The position numbers and the translations under genes were made by a program. The notes beneath the pieces were generated by a model. That model was not told where the DNA came from. It did not search any database and saw only the letters and a list, made by a program, of their open reading frames with translations. This document shows, piece after piece, positions 1 to 8,516 of a stretch of 36,882 bases of DNA (positions are counted from its first letter, which is position 1; every line of letters starts with the position of its first letter). Source of the DNA: Lachnospiraceae bacterium (GTDB taxonomy: Bacteria; Bacillota; Clostridia; Lachnospirales; Lachnospiraceae); NCBI GenBank assembly GCA_017461685.1, contig JAFTXF010000094.1:1-36882 (forward strand). The letters are read 5' to 3'.

Positions 1-895
1 ACTGTGCAGACCCCGGCATGCCTGCGCTGTACCAGGCCAAGTGCTTACGCATCTCCCGAATGCCGGTATATTCTCCCTTGTACTGCATCTGCAGGTCAAT
101 ATGACGGCGGATAACCGCTGCCTTTTCTTCCCTGCTCACCGGTGCCATCAGCTCCCCTGTCTCCATATAGTGAAGTATTTCCCTGAAAATCCATGGATTA
201 CCCTGGGCACCGCGGCCAATCATCAAGCCGTCACAGCCTGTCTGTTCTAACATCGCTTTGGCGCTGGCACCGTCCACAATATCACCGTTTCCTATTACCG
301 GGATTTTCACTCTCTCCTTCACTTGTCTTATAATATCCCAGTCTGCTTTGCCGGAATAATACTGCTCTCTGGTCCGCCCATGTACTGCCACTGCCGCTGC
401 ACCGCATTCTTCTGCAATGTGGGCAATCTCCACTGCATTGACCTCCTGTTCGTTAAAGCCCTTACGAATCTTCACGGTTACAGGCTTAGAAATAGCCCTG
501 GCCGTCTTTTCCACAATCTCGGCCACCAGCTTTGGATTGCGCATCAGGGCACTGCCCTCCCCGTTGCCTGCCACCTTTGGCACCGGACAACCCATATTAA
601 TATCCAGTATGGCAAAAGGACGCTCTTCTATACGCTTGGCCATTTCTGCAATAATATCTGCATCCGATCCAAAAAGCTGCAGCGAAACAGGACATTCCTG
701 AGGGTCAATCTCCATCAGCTCATAGGTATTTTTATTGTTAAAGTAAATGGCCTTGGCACTGATCATCTCCATGCAGATCAAACCTGCGCCCTGCTCCTTG
801 CACAGCAAGCGAAAAGGCAGGTCTGTTACGCCTGCCATAGGAGCCAATACTACATTATTCTCTAAAATTACATTTCCAATCTTTAACTGACTCAT
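1..895 (-). CDS. dusB: tRNA-dihydrouridine synthase (DusB-like); C-terminal end runs off the window
   Basis: Absent from the ORF track because no stop lies in the window. The reverse complement from ATG 895-893 reads MSQLKIGNVILENNVVLAPMAGVTDLPFRLLCKEQGAG...INMGCPVPKV...VHGRTREQYYSGKADW...GNGDI...IGRGAQGNPWIF, which are typical Dus family motifs. Plus-strand ORFs 41-250, 323-865 and 417-701 are antisense shadows. Confidence 0.85.
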   Translation of the reverse strand, partial: MSQLKIGNVILENNVVLAPMAGVTDLPFRLLCKEQGAGLICMEMISAKAIYFNNKNTYELMEIDPQECPVSLQLFGSDADIIAEMAKRIEERPFAILDINMGCPVPKVAGNGEGSALMRNPKLVAEIVEKTARAISKPVTVKIRKGFNEQEVNAVEIAHIAEECGAAAVAVHGRTREQYYSGKADWDIIRQVKERVKIPVIGNGDIVDGASAKAMLEQTGCDGLMIGRGAQGNPWIFREILHYMETGELMAPVSREEKAAVIRRHIDLQMQYKGEYTGIREMRKHLAWYSAGMPGSAQ

Positions 896-994
896 ATTTT
901 GTCCTATTCTCTTCTCATAACCCGGGGGATATCGGGGATATTTGATAATCTCGTGCAGGCTGTATATAACAAGCCTGCAGATTCACCCCTATTT

Positions 995-1345
995 TCAATC
1001 TTCCTCCAAAAGCTGGCTGATATCCTCATGCAAAATCACCACGCGGTAATACATACTGAGAGACTCAAACAGCTCCTGTCTGGTCTGGCGGATTTTATTG
1101 ACCAGTAAACCGCTGCCGATTTCATCATAATAAATATCGGTGTCCTCCGCATTGGTCTCTATATTCAAAGTACCGTCCTCATCAAATACCAAAGTAAAAA
1201 TACCGCCTACTTCCTCTGTGAAAAGCACGCAGATAATATGCAGCTCATCCTTGATAGACTGTGGTATCGCTTTAAATTGCTCATTAAAATAATATTTTTG
1301 TTCATATGCGTTGGCACCGCACAATACAATTCTGTTGTCTGTCAT
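995..1345 (-). CDS. small conserved hypothetical protein (~116 aa)
   Basis: ORF 995-1369. The preferred start is ATG at 1345 (MTDNRIVLCGANAYEQKYYF...), preceded by TAGGAG about 8 nt upstream and non-overlapping with the birA stop. No motif I can name. Confidence 0.55.
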   Translation of the reverse strand: MTDNRIVLCGANAYEQKYYFNEQFKAIPQSIKDELHIICVLFTEEVGGIFTLVFDEDGTLNIETNAEDTDIYYDEIGSGLLVNKIRQTRQELFESLSMYYRVVILHEDISQLLEED

Positions 1346-1355
1346 TTCACTACTC

Positions 1356-2408
1356 CTATACATAACCATACAGGCCTCTCACGCTGACCTCGCCGGCATA
1401 AACCTTTGCCACGCTGCCGTCCGGCTTTTGTACCAACAGCCGGCCCTCTTCATCAATACCTGATGCTATGCCCTTGAAGCTGCCGCAGGGGTCTAACACC
1501 TGCACTTCCCGGCCCGGGTTCACCAGCCTGGCCTGATATATCTCCTGCAGCGGCGCCAGATTCCCGGCCTGACAAAATAATTCATAGTACTGTTCAAACT
1601 GCGTTAAAATAGTGCTCAACAATACTTCCCGGGTATCTTTTTCTGCCCCCGTAGAGCTTCTCTTAAACCACGCTGTCTCCATGCAGTTTTTCCCGTTCTC
1701 CTCTGCTTCTGCGTAGTTTCCCGCAGGCTGCTTTGCCTGCGTGGTACATTTCATTAACTGTTCTGCTGGACACTTCACATACTCTCTCTGCGCACTGCCC
1801 AGCTCCTGTTCCAAAGAAGAGGCATGGGCCAGACCTTCTGCCTCAAAATCCCGGGGGTGTATATTCACACCCACGCCGATTACCACATATTTGATCCTGC
1901 CTGCTTCTAACTGCATCTCCGTGAGAATACCGCAGACTTTCTTGCCGTGTATTACGATATCATTGGGCCACTTGATTTGTACCCTGCCCGTATCCTCCGA
2001 CGTATCGTACATGGAAGCATCCCCTTCGCCAGTCCTTTGTCCCGTTTGAGAGCTGCCCGCTGCCTGTCCGCTGTCTCCAGGTCGTGCAGCCTGATATACC
2101 AGTTCCATGCCCCGGGCTGCTGCCAGCGCCATGACAAGCGTCAGCATAGCTGCCTTATCCGGTGCAAAATCCGGCTTTAACAGCAGGGAAAAATACAAAT
2201 TCTCTCCGGCACCGGACACCCACGTCCGGCCTCTTCGCCCACGGCCTGCAGTCTGTGCATCTGCTACAATCACTGCCCCATGAGGCAGTTCCCCGGACAG
2301 TGCCGCTGCATCCTCATTGGTGGAGCCTGTAACAAGTTTGTGAATCAGCCTGCTGCCTATCCACTTACCATTATGAAACTGCTGCCACTTATCCACATCC
2401 ATACACAT
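1356..2408 (-). CDS. birA: biotin--[acetyl-CoA-carboxylase] ligase, class I (no N-terminal HTH), with two low-complexity insertions
   Basis: GRGRRGRTW biotin-protein-ligase motif, KWPNDI motif and a C-terminal SH3-like tail (VSVRG). GGGAG precedes ATG 2408; the track start at 2420 is GTG. Confidence 0.85.
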   Translation of the reverse strand: MCMDVDKWQQFHNGKWIGSRLIHKLVTGSTNEDAAALSGELPHGAVIVADAQTAGRGRRGRTWVSGAGENLYFSLLLKPDFAPDKAAMLTLVMALAAARGMELVYQAARPGDSGQAAGSSQTGQRTGEGDASMYDTSEDTGRVQIKWPNDIVIHGKKVCGILTEMQLEAGRIKYVVIGVGVNIHPRDFEAEGLAHASSLEQELGSAQREYVKCPAEQLMKCTTQAKQPAGNYAEAEENGKNCMETAWFKRSSTGAEKDTREVLLSTILTQFEQYYELFCQAGNLAPLQEIYQARLVNPGREVQVLDPCGSFKGIASGIDEEGRLLVQKPDGSVAKVYAGEVSVRGLYGYV

Positions 2409-2473
2409 TGCTTCTCCCACCTGACTTAAATCTGGTTCGCGCTCTCACCGCCCGGGGTCAATTCCCTATTATA

Positions 2474-2568
2474 CAAAAACACCTTATCGCAAAATCAGCC
2501 CGTCTCAAAATCAGCTCACTACAAATCAATTTTTTACAAAATTAATTTATTACAAAATCAGCACTTGC
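2474..2568. repeat. six tandem ~16-bp periodic units carrying CAAAATCAG-like motif
   Basis: CAAAA(T/A)CA(G) begins at 2474, 2490, 2506, 2522, 2537 and 2553 (spacing 16,16,16,15,16). Exact CAAAATCAG occurs at 2490, 2506 and 2553. The array lies in the argF-stop/birA-start spacer. Confidence 0.5.
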
Positions 2569-3556
2569 TCTTTGGCAAAGTAGCCGCCATAATCGCCTTA
2601 ATGGTGTGCATACGGTTCTCTGCCTCTTCAAATACTTTTGACTGAGGTGACTCAAATACCTCATTGGTAACTTCCATCTCTCTGATTCCAAACTTCTCTG
2701 CAATCAACGCGCCTACCTTCGTCTTTACGTCATGGAATGCAGGCAGGCAGTGCATAAAGATAGCATTTGCATCTGCATTGGCCATAGCAGCCGCATTGAC
2801 CTGATATGGGTAAAGATGTCTGATACGCTCTTCCCAAATCTCGTCCGGCTCACCCATAGATACCCAGACATCTGTGTAAATAACATCTGCGCCCGTTGTG
2901 CCTTCCTTCACATCCTCCGTCAGGGTAATGGTAGCCCCTGTCTCCTTAGCAATGGCACGGCACTCTGCCACCAAAGCTGCATCCGGAAAATAATTACGAT
3001 TGGTGCAAGCGGTAAAATGCATACCCATCTTTGCACAAACTACCATCAGAGAATTACCCATATTGTAACGGGCATCGCCCATATAGGTAAATTTAATCCC
3101 CTTTAAATAACCGAAATTCTCTCGAATTGTCAATAAATCTGCCAACATCTGGGTCGGATGAAACTCATTGGTCAAGCCGTTCCATACCGGCACCTTGGAA
3201 TACTTGGCAATCTCTTCTACCTTGGCCTGTTCAAAACCGCGGTACTCGATGCCGTCAAACATACCGCTTAATACACGTGCTGTATCCGCAATACTTTCCT
3301 TCTTGCCGATCTGAGAGCTCACCGGATCCAGATAAGTAGTGCCCATACCCAAGTCGTGGGCAGCCACTTCAAAGGCACAACGCGTTCTGGTACTGGTCTT
3401 TTCGAAAATAAGTGCAATGTTCTTGCCCTTATATTCATCCACCAGAATGCCCTGTTTCTTCTTTTCCTTATACTCTGCAGCCAAATCAACTAAATACGTA
3501 ATCTCCTCGGCGGTAAAATCCAATAACTTTAAAAAATGACGTCCCTGTAAATTCAT
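2558..3556 (-). CDS. argF: ornithine carbamoyltransferase
   Basis: STRTRCAFE carbamoyl-phosphate motif, HPTQ and HCLPAFH ornithine-binding motif; 332 aa. GGGAGGAG RBS 7 nt upstream of the ATG. Confidence 0.9.
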   Translation of the reverse strand: MNLQGRHFLKLLDFTAEEITYLVDLAAEYKEKKKQGILVDEYKGKNIALIFEKTSTRTRCAFEVAAHDLGMGTTYLDPVSSQIGKKESIADTARVLSGMFDGIEYRGFEQAKVEEIAKYSKVPVWNGLTNEFHPTQMLADLLTIRENFGYLKGIKFTYMGDARYNMGNSLMVVCAKMGMHFTACTNRNYFPDAALVAECRAIAKETGATITLTEDVKEGTTGADVIYTDVWVSMGEPDEIWEERIRHLYPYQVNAAAMANADANAIFMHCLPAFHDVKTKVGALIAEKFGIREMEVTNEVFESPQSKVFEEAENRMHTIKAIMAATLPKSKC

Positions 3557-3586
3557 AATAATGCTCCTCCCATTATAAATGCTATC

Positions 3587-3791
3587 TAGGCGTTTGCGAA
3601 ACTCGATGGCTGCCGGCGGAAGTGATATATATTCCGGTAGAGGGGCCTTGAAAAGCGCCGGTCCTTAGCGAAGCAAGGTGATAACCGCAGTCTGAGCTTA
3701 GTACCGCTGCAGCTTTTCACGGAGCGGGAGCGTCCCCGAGACAGAATATATATCACTTCCGCCGGCAGCCACCGAGTTTCGCAAACGCCTA
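3587..3791. repeat. long-stem structured element, copy A (candidate ncRNA or MITE-like stem-loop repeat)
   Basis: Arms 3587-3634 and 3744-3791 are complementary at 47 of 48 positions. The core 3642-3737 is 81 percent identical to 10141-10236. Confidence 0.75.
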
Positions 3792-3858
3792 TGATTAGGT
3801 AATTCCCGAGGTCGTACCATTGGATTTCGGAATCGCCTGTTCGTATACTTTATATACT

Positions 3859-3887
3859 ATTGTACATGATTTGCGGAGCTATGAAAA
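3859..3887 (-). promoter_or_regulatory. candidate sigma-A promoter reading toward element A and argF
   Basis: On the minus strand: TTTTCA, 17 nt, TACAAT, with TG one base upstream of the -10 (extended -10). Confidence 0.3.
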
Positions 3888-3973
3888 GGGAAAAATATTA
3901 AAATGATAAATTCATCGGAAGAAAATTCCTGCTCCGCTCAGAAGAAATTGCCGTTTCACTCGGAAGAAGTGTA

Positions 3974-4002
3974 TAGACAATTAAAAATACCGGTGTTATA
4001 AT
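3974..4002 (+). promoter_or_regulatory. candidate promoter of the cytidylate-kinase-like/ppaC/recJ unit
   Basis: TAGACA, 17 nt, TATAAT, with TGn extended -10. Confidence 0.45.
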
Positions 4003-4089
4003 ATTTTTACAAATATACAAAAGGAATATGGACATGACTGGTTTATCATGTACCATAACCTATAAAATATTGTAGTAGGAGGTAAGGTT

Positions 4090-4716
4090 ATGCAGAACAT
4101 AGTAATTACAATTGCGAGACAGTACGGTAGTGGCGGTAGATTAATAGGCAAGATGCTTTCAGAAGAGTTGGGCATTCCTTACTATGACAGACAGCTTTTG
4201 CAATTAGCCAGTGATGACAGCGGTATTAACGAGAAGCTTTTTGCAAATGCAGATGAAAAGGTCAAGGCTACTTCACTTTTTAGAATTGCCAAAAAGGTAT
4301 ATTCTGGGGAACTGATTCCGCCGGACAGAGATGATTTTGTGTCTAATGATAATTTATTTAATTATCAGGCCAAGATTATTAAAGAACTTGCAGAAGAAGA
4401 TTCCTGCATTATTATCGGTCGTTGTGCAGATTTTGTATTGAAGGATTATCCAAATGTCATCAGCGTGTTTATTCATGCAGATGAAGAACAGTGTGCAGCA
4501 CGTATCAGAGAAATCCGTCGTATGGAGCCAAAGGACTTAAAAAAGCACATGGCTGATGTAGACAAGCGCAGAGGTACATATTACAAGTACTATACAGGCA
4601 ATGACTGGGCGGATGCCAGAAATTATGACCTGTGTCTGGACAGCGGCAAGATTGGCTACAGAGGCTGCGTGGAGGCCATTAAAAAACAAATTGAACTGAG
4701 ATTTGGTGAGAAGTAA
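4090..4716 (+). CDS. cytidylate kinase-like family ATPase
   Basis: The N-terminus IVITIARQYGSGGRLIGKMLSEELGIPYYDRQLL is characteristic of the cytidylate_kin2-type family. AGGAGG RBS. Confidence 0.75.
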   Translation: MQNIVITIARQYGSGGRLIGKMLSEELGIPYYDRQLLQLASDDSGINEKLFANADEKVKATSLFRIAKKVYSGELIPPDRDDFVSNDNLFNYQAKIIKELAEEDSCIIIGRCADFVLKDYPNVISVFIHADEEQCAARIREIRRMEPKDLKKHMADVDKRRGTYYKYYTGNDWADARNYDLCLDSGKIGYRGCVEAIKKQIELRFGEK

Positions 4717-4718
4717 CG

Positions 4719-6371
4719 ATGCAAAAAACGAAAACAGTATTTATAATCGGACATAAAAATCCGGACACGGATTCTATTTGTTCCGCTATTGCATATGCAG
4801 ATATAAAGACCAGAACCACCCATGGAGTAAAATTCATACCAAAGCGTGCCGGTCAGATTAATAAAGAGACCGAGTTTGTATTAGAACGTTTTGGCGTGGA
4901 GGAGCCGGACTTTGTACTGGATGTGGGTGTACAGGTCAGAGATTTGGAGATTCATAAGACGCCGGAGGCGCATTCCGGCATGAGTATTCGTGAGGCGTGG
5001 CATTTGATGAGTGAAAGCAATGCTGTGACCCTGCCGATCACAGACGGAAGTGCTCATTTGGAAGGTATTATTACCATTGGAGATATTGCCAAGTATTTTA
5101 TGGCGCCTTCCGATCAATCACCTCTTTCTTCGGCAAAGACCCAATACAAAAATATAGCGGCCACACTTGACGGTAAGGTGGTGGTTGGTAATGAACTGGG
5201 CTTATTCAGCAAGGGCAGGGTGTTTGTGGGCGCAGGCACGCCGGAGGCGATGCAGTCCTATATCAGCGAGGATGATTTGATTATTTTGGGAGACCGTGAG
5301 GATATGCAGCTAGCCGCGCTTGAGGCCGGCGTCAGCTGTGTGATTGTGGCCATTGACAGTCCGGTGTCCGACAGGGTAATTGAAATGGCTAAGCGCAACA
5401 GCAGTGTGATTATTACTACGCCGTATGATACCTACACAGTGGCAGGTTTGATTAATCAGAGTATACCGGTTCGTTTCCTGATGAAGCGTGACGAGCTGAT
5501 TACCTTTAATACCAGTGATTATGTGGATGATATTAAGGAAACCATGGGCCGGCTGCGTATTCGAGATTTTCCGGTACTGGATTCTGCAGGAAGATGTATC
5601 GGAACTATTTCCCGCCGTAATTTGATCAATGCCAAGAGGAAACAATTGATTTTGGTAGACCATAATGAAAAGACACAGGCAGTGGATAATGTAGGGGAAG
5701 CGGAGATTTTAGAAATTGTGGACCATCACAGACTGGGTTCTTTGGAGACGATACAGCCGATTTTCTTCCGCAATCAGCCGGTGGGTTGTACGGCAACGAT
5801 TATGTTCCAGATGTATCAGGAGAAGGAGTTGGAGATTCCAAAGCATATTGCGGGACTTTTGTGTGCGGCGATTATATCAGATACCCTGATGTTCCGCTCG
5901 CCAACCTGTACTAAGTATGACCAGGATGCGGCGCTGCAGCTTTCCGTGATTGCAGAGATTGACCTGGAAACCTTTGCAAATGAGATGTTTAAGGCCGGCA
6001 GCAATTTAAGAGATAAAACTGCCGAGGAGATTTTTTATCAGGATTTCAAGAAGTTTCAGTCCGGCAATATCAGCTTTGGCGTGGCACAGATTAATTCCAT
6101 GAACAGTGAGATTTTGCAGGAAATCGGAGAGCAGGTGAAGCCGCTTATGGCCAATGCAGTAGGACAAAATGCAGTATCTATGGTATTTTTCATGCTTACG
6201 AATATTATGTCCGAATCTACGCAGCTTTTGTGTTTTGGCGAAAGCAGTGCCCGTTTTGTGGAACAGGCATTTCACGCAAAGGTGCAGGGAGGTTCCTGTT
6301 ATTTGCCGGGTATCGTGTCCCGTAAAAAGCAGTTTATTCCTGCCATGATCAATGCCATTCAGGAACTTTAA
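4719..6371 (+). CDS. ppaC: family II (Mn-dependent) inorganic pyrophosphatase with CBS/DRTGG insert
   Basis: DHH N-terminus (IIGHKNPDTDSICSAIAYA), VDHNE and DHHR motifs, CBS-like segments and a DHHA2 C-terminus; 550 aa. Confidence 0.8.
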   Translation: MQKTKTVFIIGHKNPDTDSICSAIAYADIKTRTTHGVKFIPKRAGQINKETEFVLERFGVEEPDFVLDVGVQVRDLEIHKTPEAHSGMSIREAWHLMSESNAVTLPITDGSAHLEGIITIGDIAKYFMAPSDQSPLSSAKTQYKNIAATLDGKVVVGNELGLFSKGRVFVGAGTPEAMQSYISEDDLIILGDREDMQLAALEAGVSCVIVAIDSPVSDRVIEMAKRNSSVIITTPYDTYTVAGLINQSIPVRFLMKRDELITFNTSDYVDDIKETMGRLRIRDFPVLDSAGRCIGTISRRNLINAKRKQLILVDHNEKTQAVDNVGEAEILEIVDHHRLGSLETIQPIFFRNQPVGCTATIMFQMYQEKELEIPKHIAGLLCAAIISDTLMFRSPTCTKYDQDAALQLSVIAEIDLETFANEMFKAGSNLRDKTAEEIFYQDFKKFQSGNISFGVAQINSMNSEILQEIGEQVKPLMANAVGQNAVSMVFFMLTNIMSESTQLLCFGESSARFVEQAFHAKVQGGSCYLPGIVSRKKQFIPAMINAIQEL

Positions 6372-6392
6372 TGCCGGAGAGGGAGCAAAATA

Positions 6393-8222
6393 TTGGAAAA
6401 ATGGTTTTTAAAGAATAAAAAAGGGGATGCGTCTGCCTTGGCAGACGCCCTTTCTATTAGTCCGGTTTTGGCCAGGATTTTGGTAAACCGGGGGATTGAT
6501 ACAGTAGAGCAGGCACGGACTTTCCTGCATATAAGTCAGGCGAATATGCATACGAAGGAACTGCCTCAAGATAATGGAGCAGGATTGCATATAGCGGCTG
6601 ATGACAGACACGTATTAACAGGTCTCCACGACCCCCATCTGTTAAAGGATATGGATAAAGGGGCGGCTATTTTGTGGGAAAAAGTAAATCAGGGCCGGAA
6701 TATCCGCATTATAGGCGATTATGACTGTGACGGCATTTGCGCCACCTTTATTTTGTGGAGCATATTAAAAGAAATGCAGGCCAAAGTGGATTATTGCCTG
6801 CCACACCGCATCAAAGACGGGTACGGACTGAATATTTCTATGATTGAAGATGCGGTGGCTGACGGTGTGGATACCATACTAACCTGCGACAATGGTATTG
6901 CGGCGATAGAACAGATTGCCTTTGCAAAGGAAAAGGGGCTGACGGTGGTGGTAACGGATCATCACGAAGTACCGTTTGTTGAGGAAGACGGCGTGCGAAG
7001 CTTCAGACTGCCTCCTGCCGATGCTATCGTAAATATGAAACAGGAGGACGACACGTATCCTTTTAAAGGGATATGTGGTGCCGTGACAGCCTGGAAATTG
7101 GGACAGGTGCTTCTTGGAGAGGAGCATCCGGTAATACAAAGTCTGGTTCCTTATGCCGCTTTGGCTACGGTCTGTGATGTGATGGAGCTGGTGGATGAGA
7201 ACCGGATTCTGGTGCGGGAAGGCTTGCAGATTTTAAATACCGCGCCGCCGGTAGGACTGGAGGCTTTGATTCGTGCCTATGAGCTTACGGATAAGAAAAT
7301 TTCCGCATATCATCTGGGCTTTTTATTGGGACCATGCTTAAATGCCACCGGACGTTTGGAAACGGCGGAATATGCTTTAAAGCTTTTAACTATGACGGAT
7401 GTGCAGGAGGCTTTGGTATTTGCCAGTGAATTAAAAACATTAAACGATACCCGCAAATATATGACGGTACAAAATACAGAGCTGGCGCTCCGGGAATTAA
7501 AGGCTTCCGGAAGGGACAGGGACAAAGTGATTGTCACGTATTTACCGGATTGTCACGAGAGTCTGGCAGGTATTATTGCAGGGCGCATTCGCGAAGCATG
7601 CCACAGACCAACTCTGGTTTTTACCAAGGCTGAGGAAGGTGTCAAGGCCTCCGGCCGGTCCATGGAATGCTATGATATGTTTGTGGAGCTAAGCGCCTGC
7701 AAGGATTTATTTACCAAATTCGGCGGTCACAAAATGGCAGCAGGACTGTCCATGGCAAAGGAAGAATATATAGAAATACTTCGTGAGCGTTTAAATAACC
7801 AGTGTACTTTGGCAGAAGAGAATTTTACGGAAAAGGTATATATTGATGTGGCAATGCCGCTGTCACAGGCCAGTCTTGAGCTGGCAAAGGAGCTGGAATG
7901 TCTGGAGCCTTTCGGAAATGGCAACACCAAGCCTTTATTTGCGGAAAAAAACCTGACCCTGATAAACGGCCAGCTTATGGGACAGAAAGGCAATGCTGCC
8001 CGGTATACCTTAAGAAGTACTGACGGAACTACCCATCAGGTAGTTTTATTCGGAGATTTGAAGCCTTTCCATGATTTTCTTGAGGAAAAATACGGACTCG
8101 GCGCCAGTGACAAGATTTACCGATATAACTGCGCTTTTCCGATGCATATGATTTACACTCTGCAAGTAAATACCTATCAGATGCGGGAGAATTTACAGAT
8201 ACAGATGAAATATTATTGTTAA
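6393..8222 (+). CDS. recJ: single-stranded-DNA-specific exonuclease RecJ
   Basis: DYDCDGI, TCDNGI and TDHH DHH-family motifs. TTG start (MEKW...) with GAGGGAG 7 nt upstream. Confidence 0.85.
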   Translation: MEKWFLKNKKGDASALADALSISPVLARILVNRGIDTVEQARTFLHISQANMHTKELPQDNGAGLHIAADDRHVLTGLHDPHLLKDMDKGAAILWEKVNQGRNIRIIGDYDCDGICATFILWSILKEMQAKVDYCLPHRIKDGYGLNISMIEDAVADGVDTILTCDNGIAAIEQIAFAKEKGLTVVVTDHHEVPFVEEDGVRSFRLPPADAIVNMKQEDDTYPFKGICGAVTAWKLGQVLLGEEHPVIQSLVPYAALATVCDVMELVDENRILVREGLQILNTAPPVGLEALIRAYELTDKKISAYHLGFLLGPCLNATGRLETAEYALKLLTMTDVQEALVFASELKTLNDTRKYMTVQNTELALRELKASGRDRDKVIVTYLPDCHESLAGIIAGRIREACHRPTLVFTKAEEGVKASGRSMECYDMFVELSACKDLFTKFGGHKMAAGLSMAKEEYIEILRERLNNQCTLAEENFTEKVYIDVAMPLSQASLELAKELECLEPFGNGNTKPLFAEKNLTLINGQLMGQKGNAARYTLRSTDGTTHQVVLFGDLKPFHDFLEEKYGLGASDKIYRYNCAFPMHMIYTLQVNTYQMRENLQIQMKYYC

Positions 8223-8225
8223 TAC

Positions 8226-8260
8226 AAAAGACCAGGTTGCCCTGGTCTTTTGCATTTTCT
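8226..8260 (+). terminator. intrinsic terminator after recJ
   Basis: 11-bp stem AAAAGACCAGG / CCTGGTCTTTT with loop TTGC, followed by a T-rich tail. Confidence 0.8.
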
Positions 8261-8443
8261 TATGAGGGGGAGATAGTGAATGTATCAACTATCTGTAATA
8301 TACTATAACGTAAAAATGTGTTAGAAATATGTCCATTTCATAAAAAACAAATGAAGTTTCTTAAGAAAGGCGGAAGAAAATATGAAGGAAAGGTTGGAAT
8401 AATATATAATTTCTTAAACTCGTCATGCATCCCAATCCCCTGG

Positions 8444-8472
8444 TTGAAAAATCCTTACAAGTGTGGTATGAT
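8444..8472 (+). promoter_or_regulatory. candidate murE promoter
   Basis: TTGAAA, 17 nt, TATGAT, with TGn extended -10. Confidence 0.45.
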
Positions 8473-8516
8473 AATTTAGTATTAAAGTCGGTTAGTATGC
8501 CTATCAGGAGGTTAAT

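Noticed and set aside
41-865. Plus-strand ORFs 41-250, 323-865 and 417-701
   Set aside because: They have Cys/His/Leu-rich nonsense composition and lie entirely antisense to a well-conserved DusB reading frame that is open from 895 to the window edge.
2474-2568. CRISPR array (also considered for the repeats at 22032-22322)
   Set aside because: The units are directly abutting 16-bp or 33-bp tandem repeats with no unique spacers. The second set is in-frame coding sequence, and no cas genes are present.
3642-3737. Possible identity of the conserved core with known RNAs (T-box UACCGC segment, SRP domain IV GAAGCA..AAGG, twister-sister CGCAAGGCCGACGGC-like string on the minus strand, hammerhead CUGA..GAAA, 6S RNA long hairpin)
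   Set aside because: Each resemblance covers only a few nucleotides, and the required neighbouring conserved elements and helices are missing. Two copies in unrelated contexts also argue against SRP, 6S or T-box. This needs a real covariance-model search to be final.
3885-3912. ArgR/AhrC ARG box upstream of argF (ATGAATTTATCATT on the minus strand)
   Set aside because: Only one half-site resembles the TGAAT-N4-ATTCA consensus, the region is generally AT-rich, and no second box is visible.
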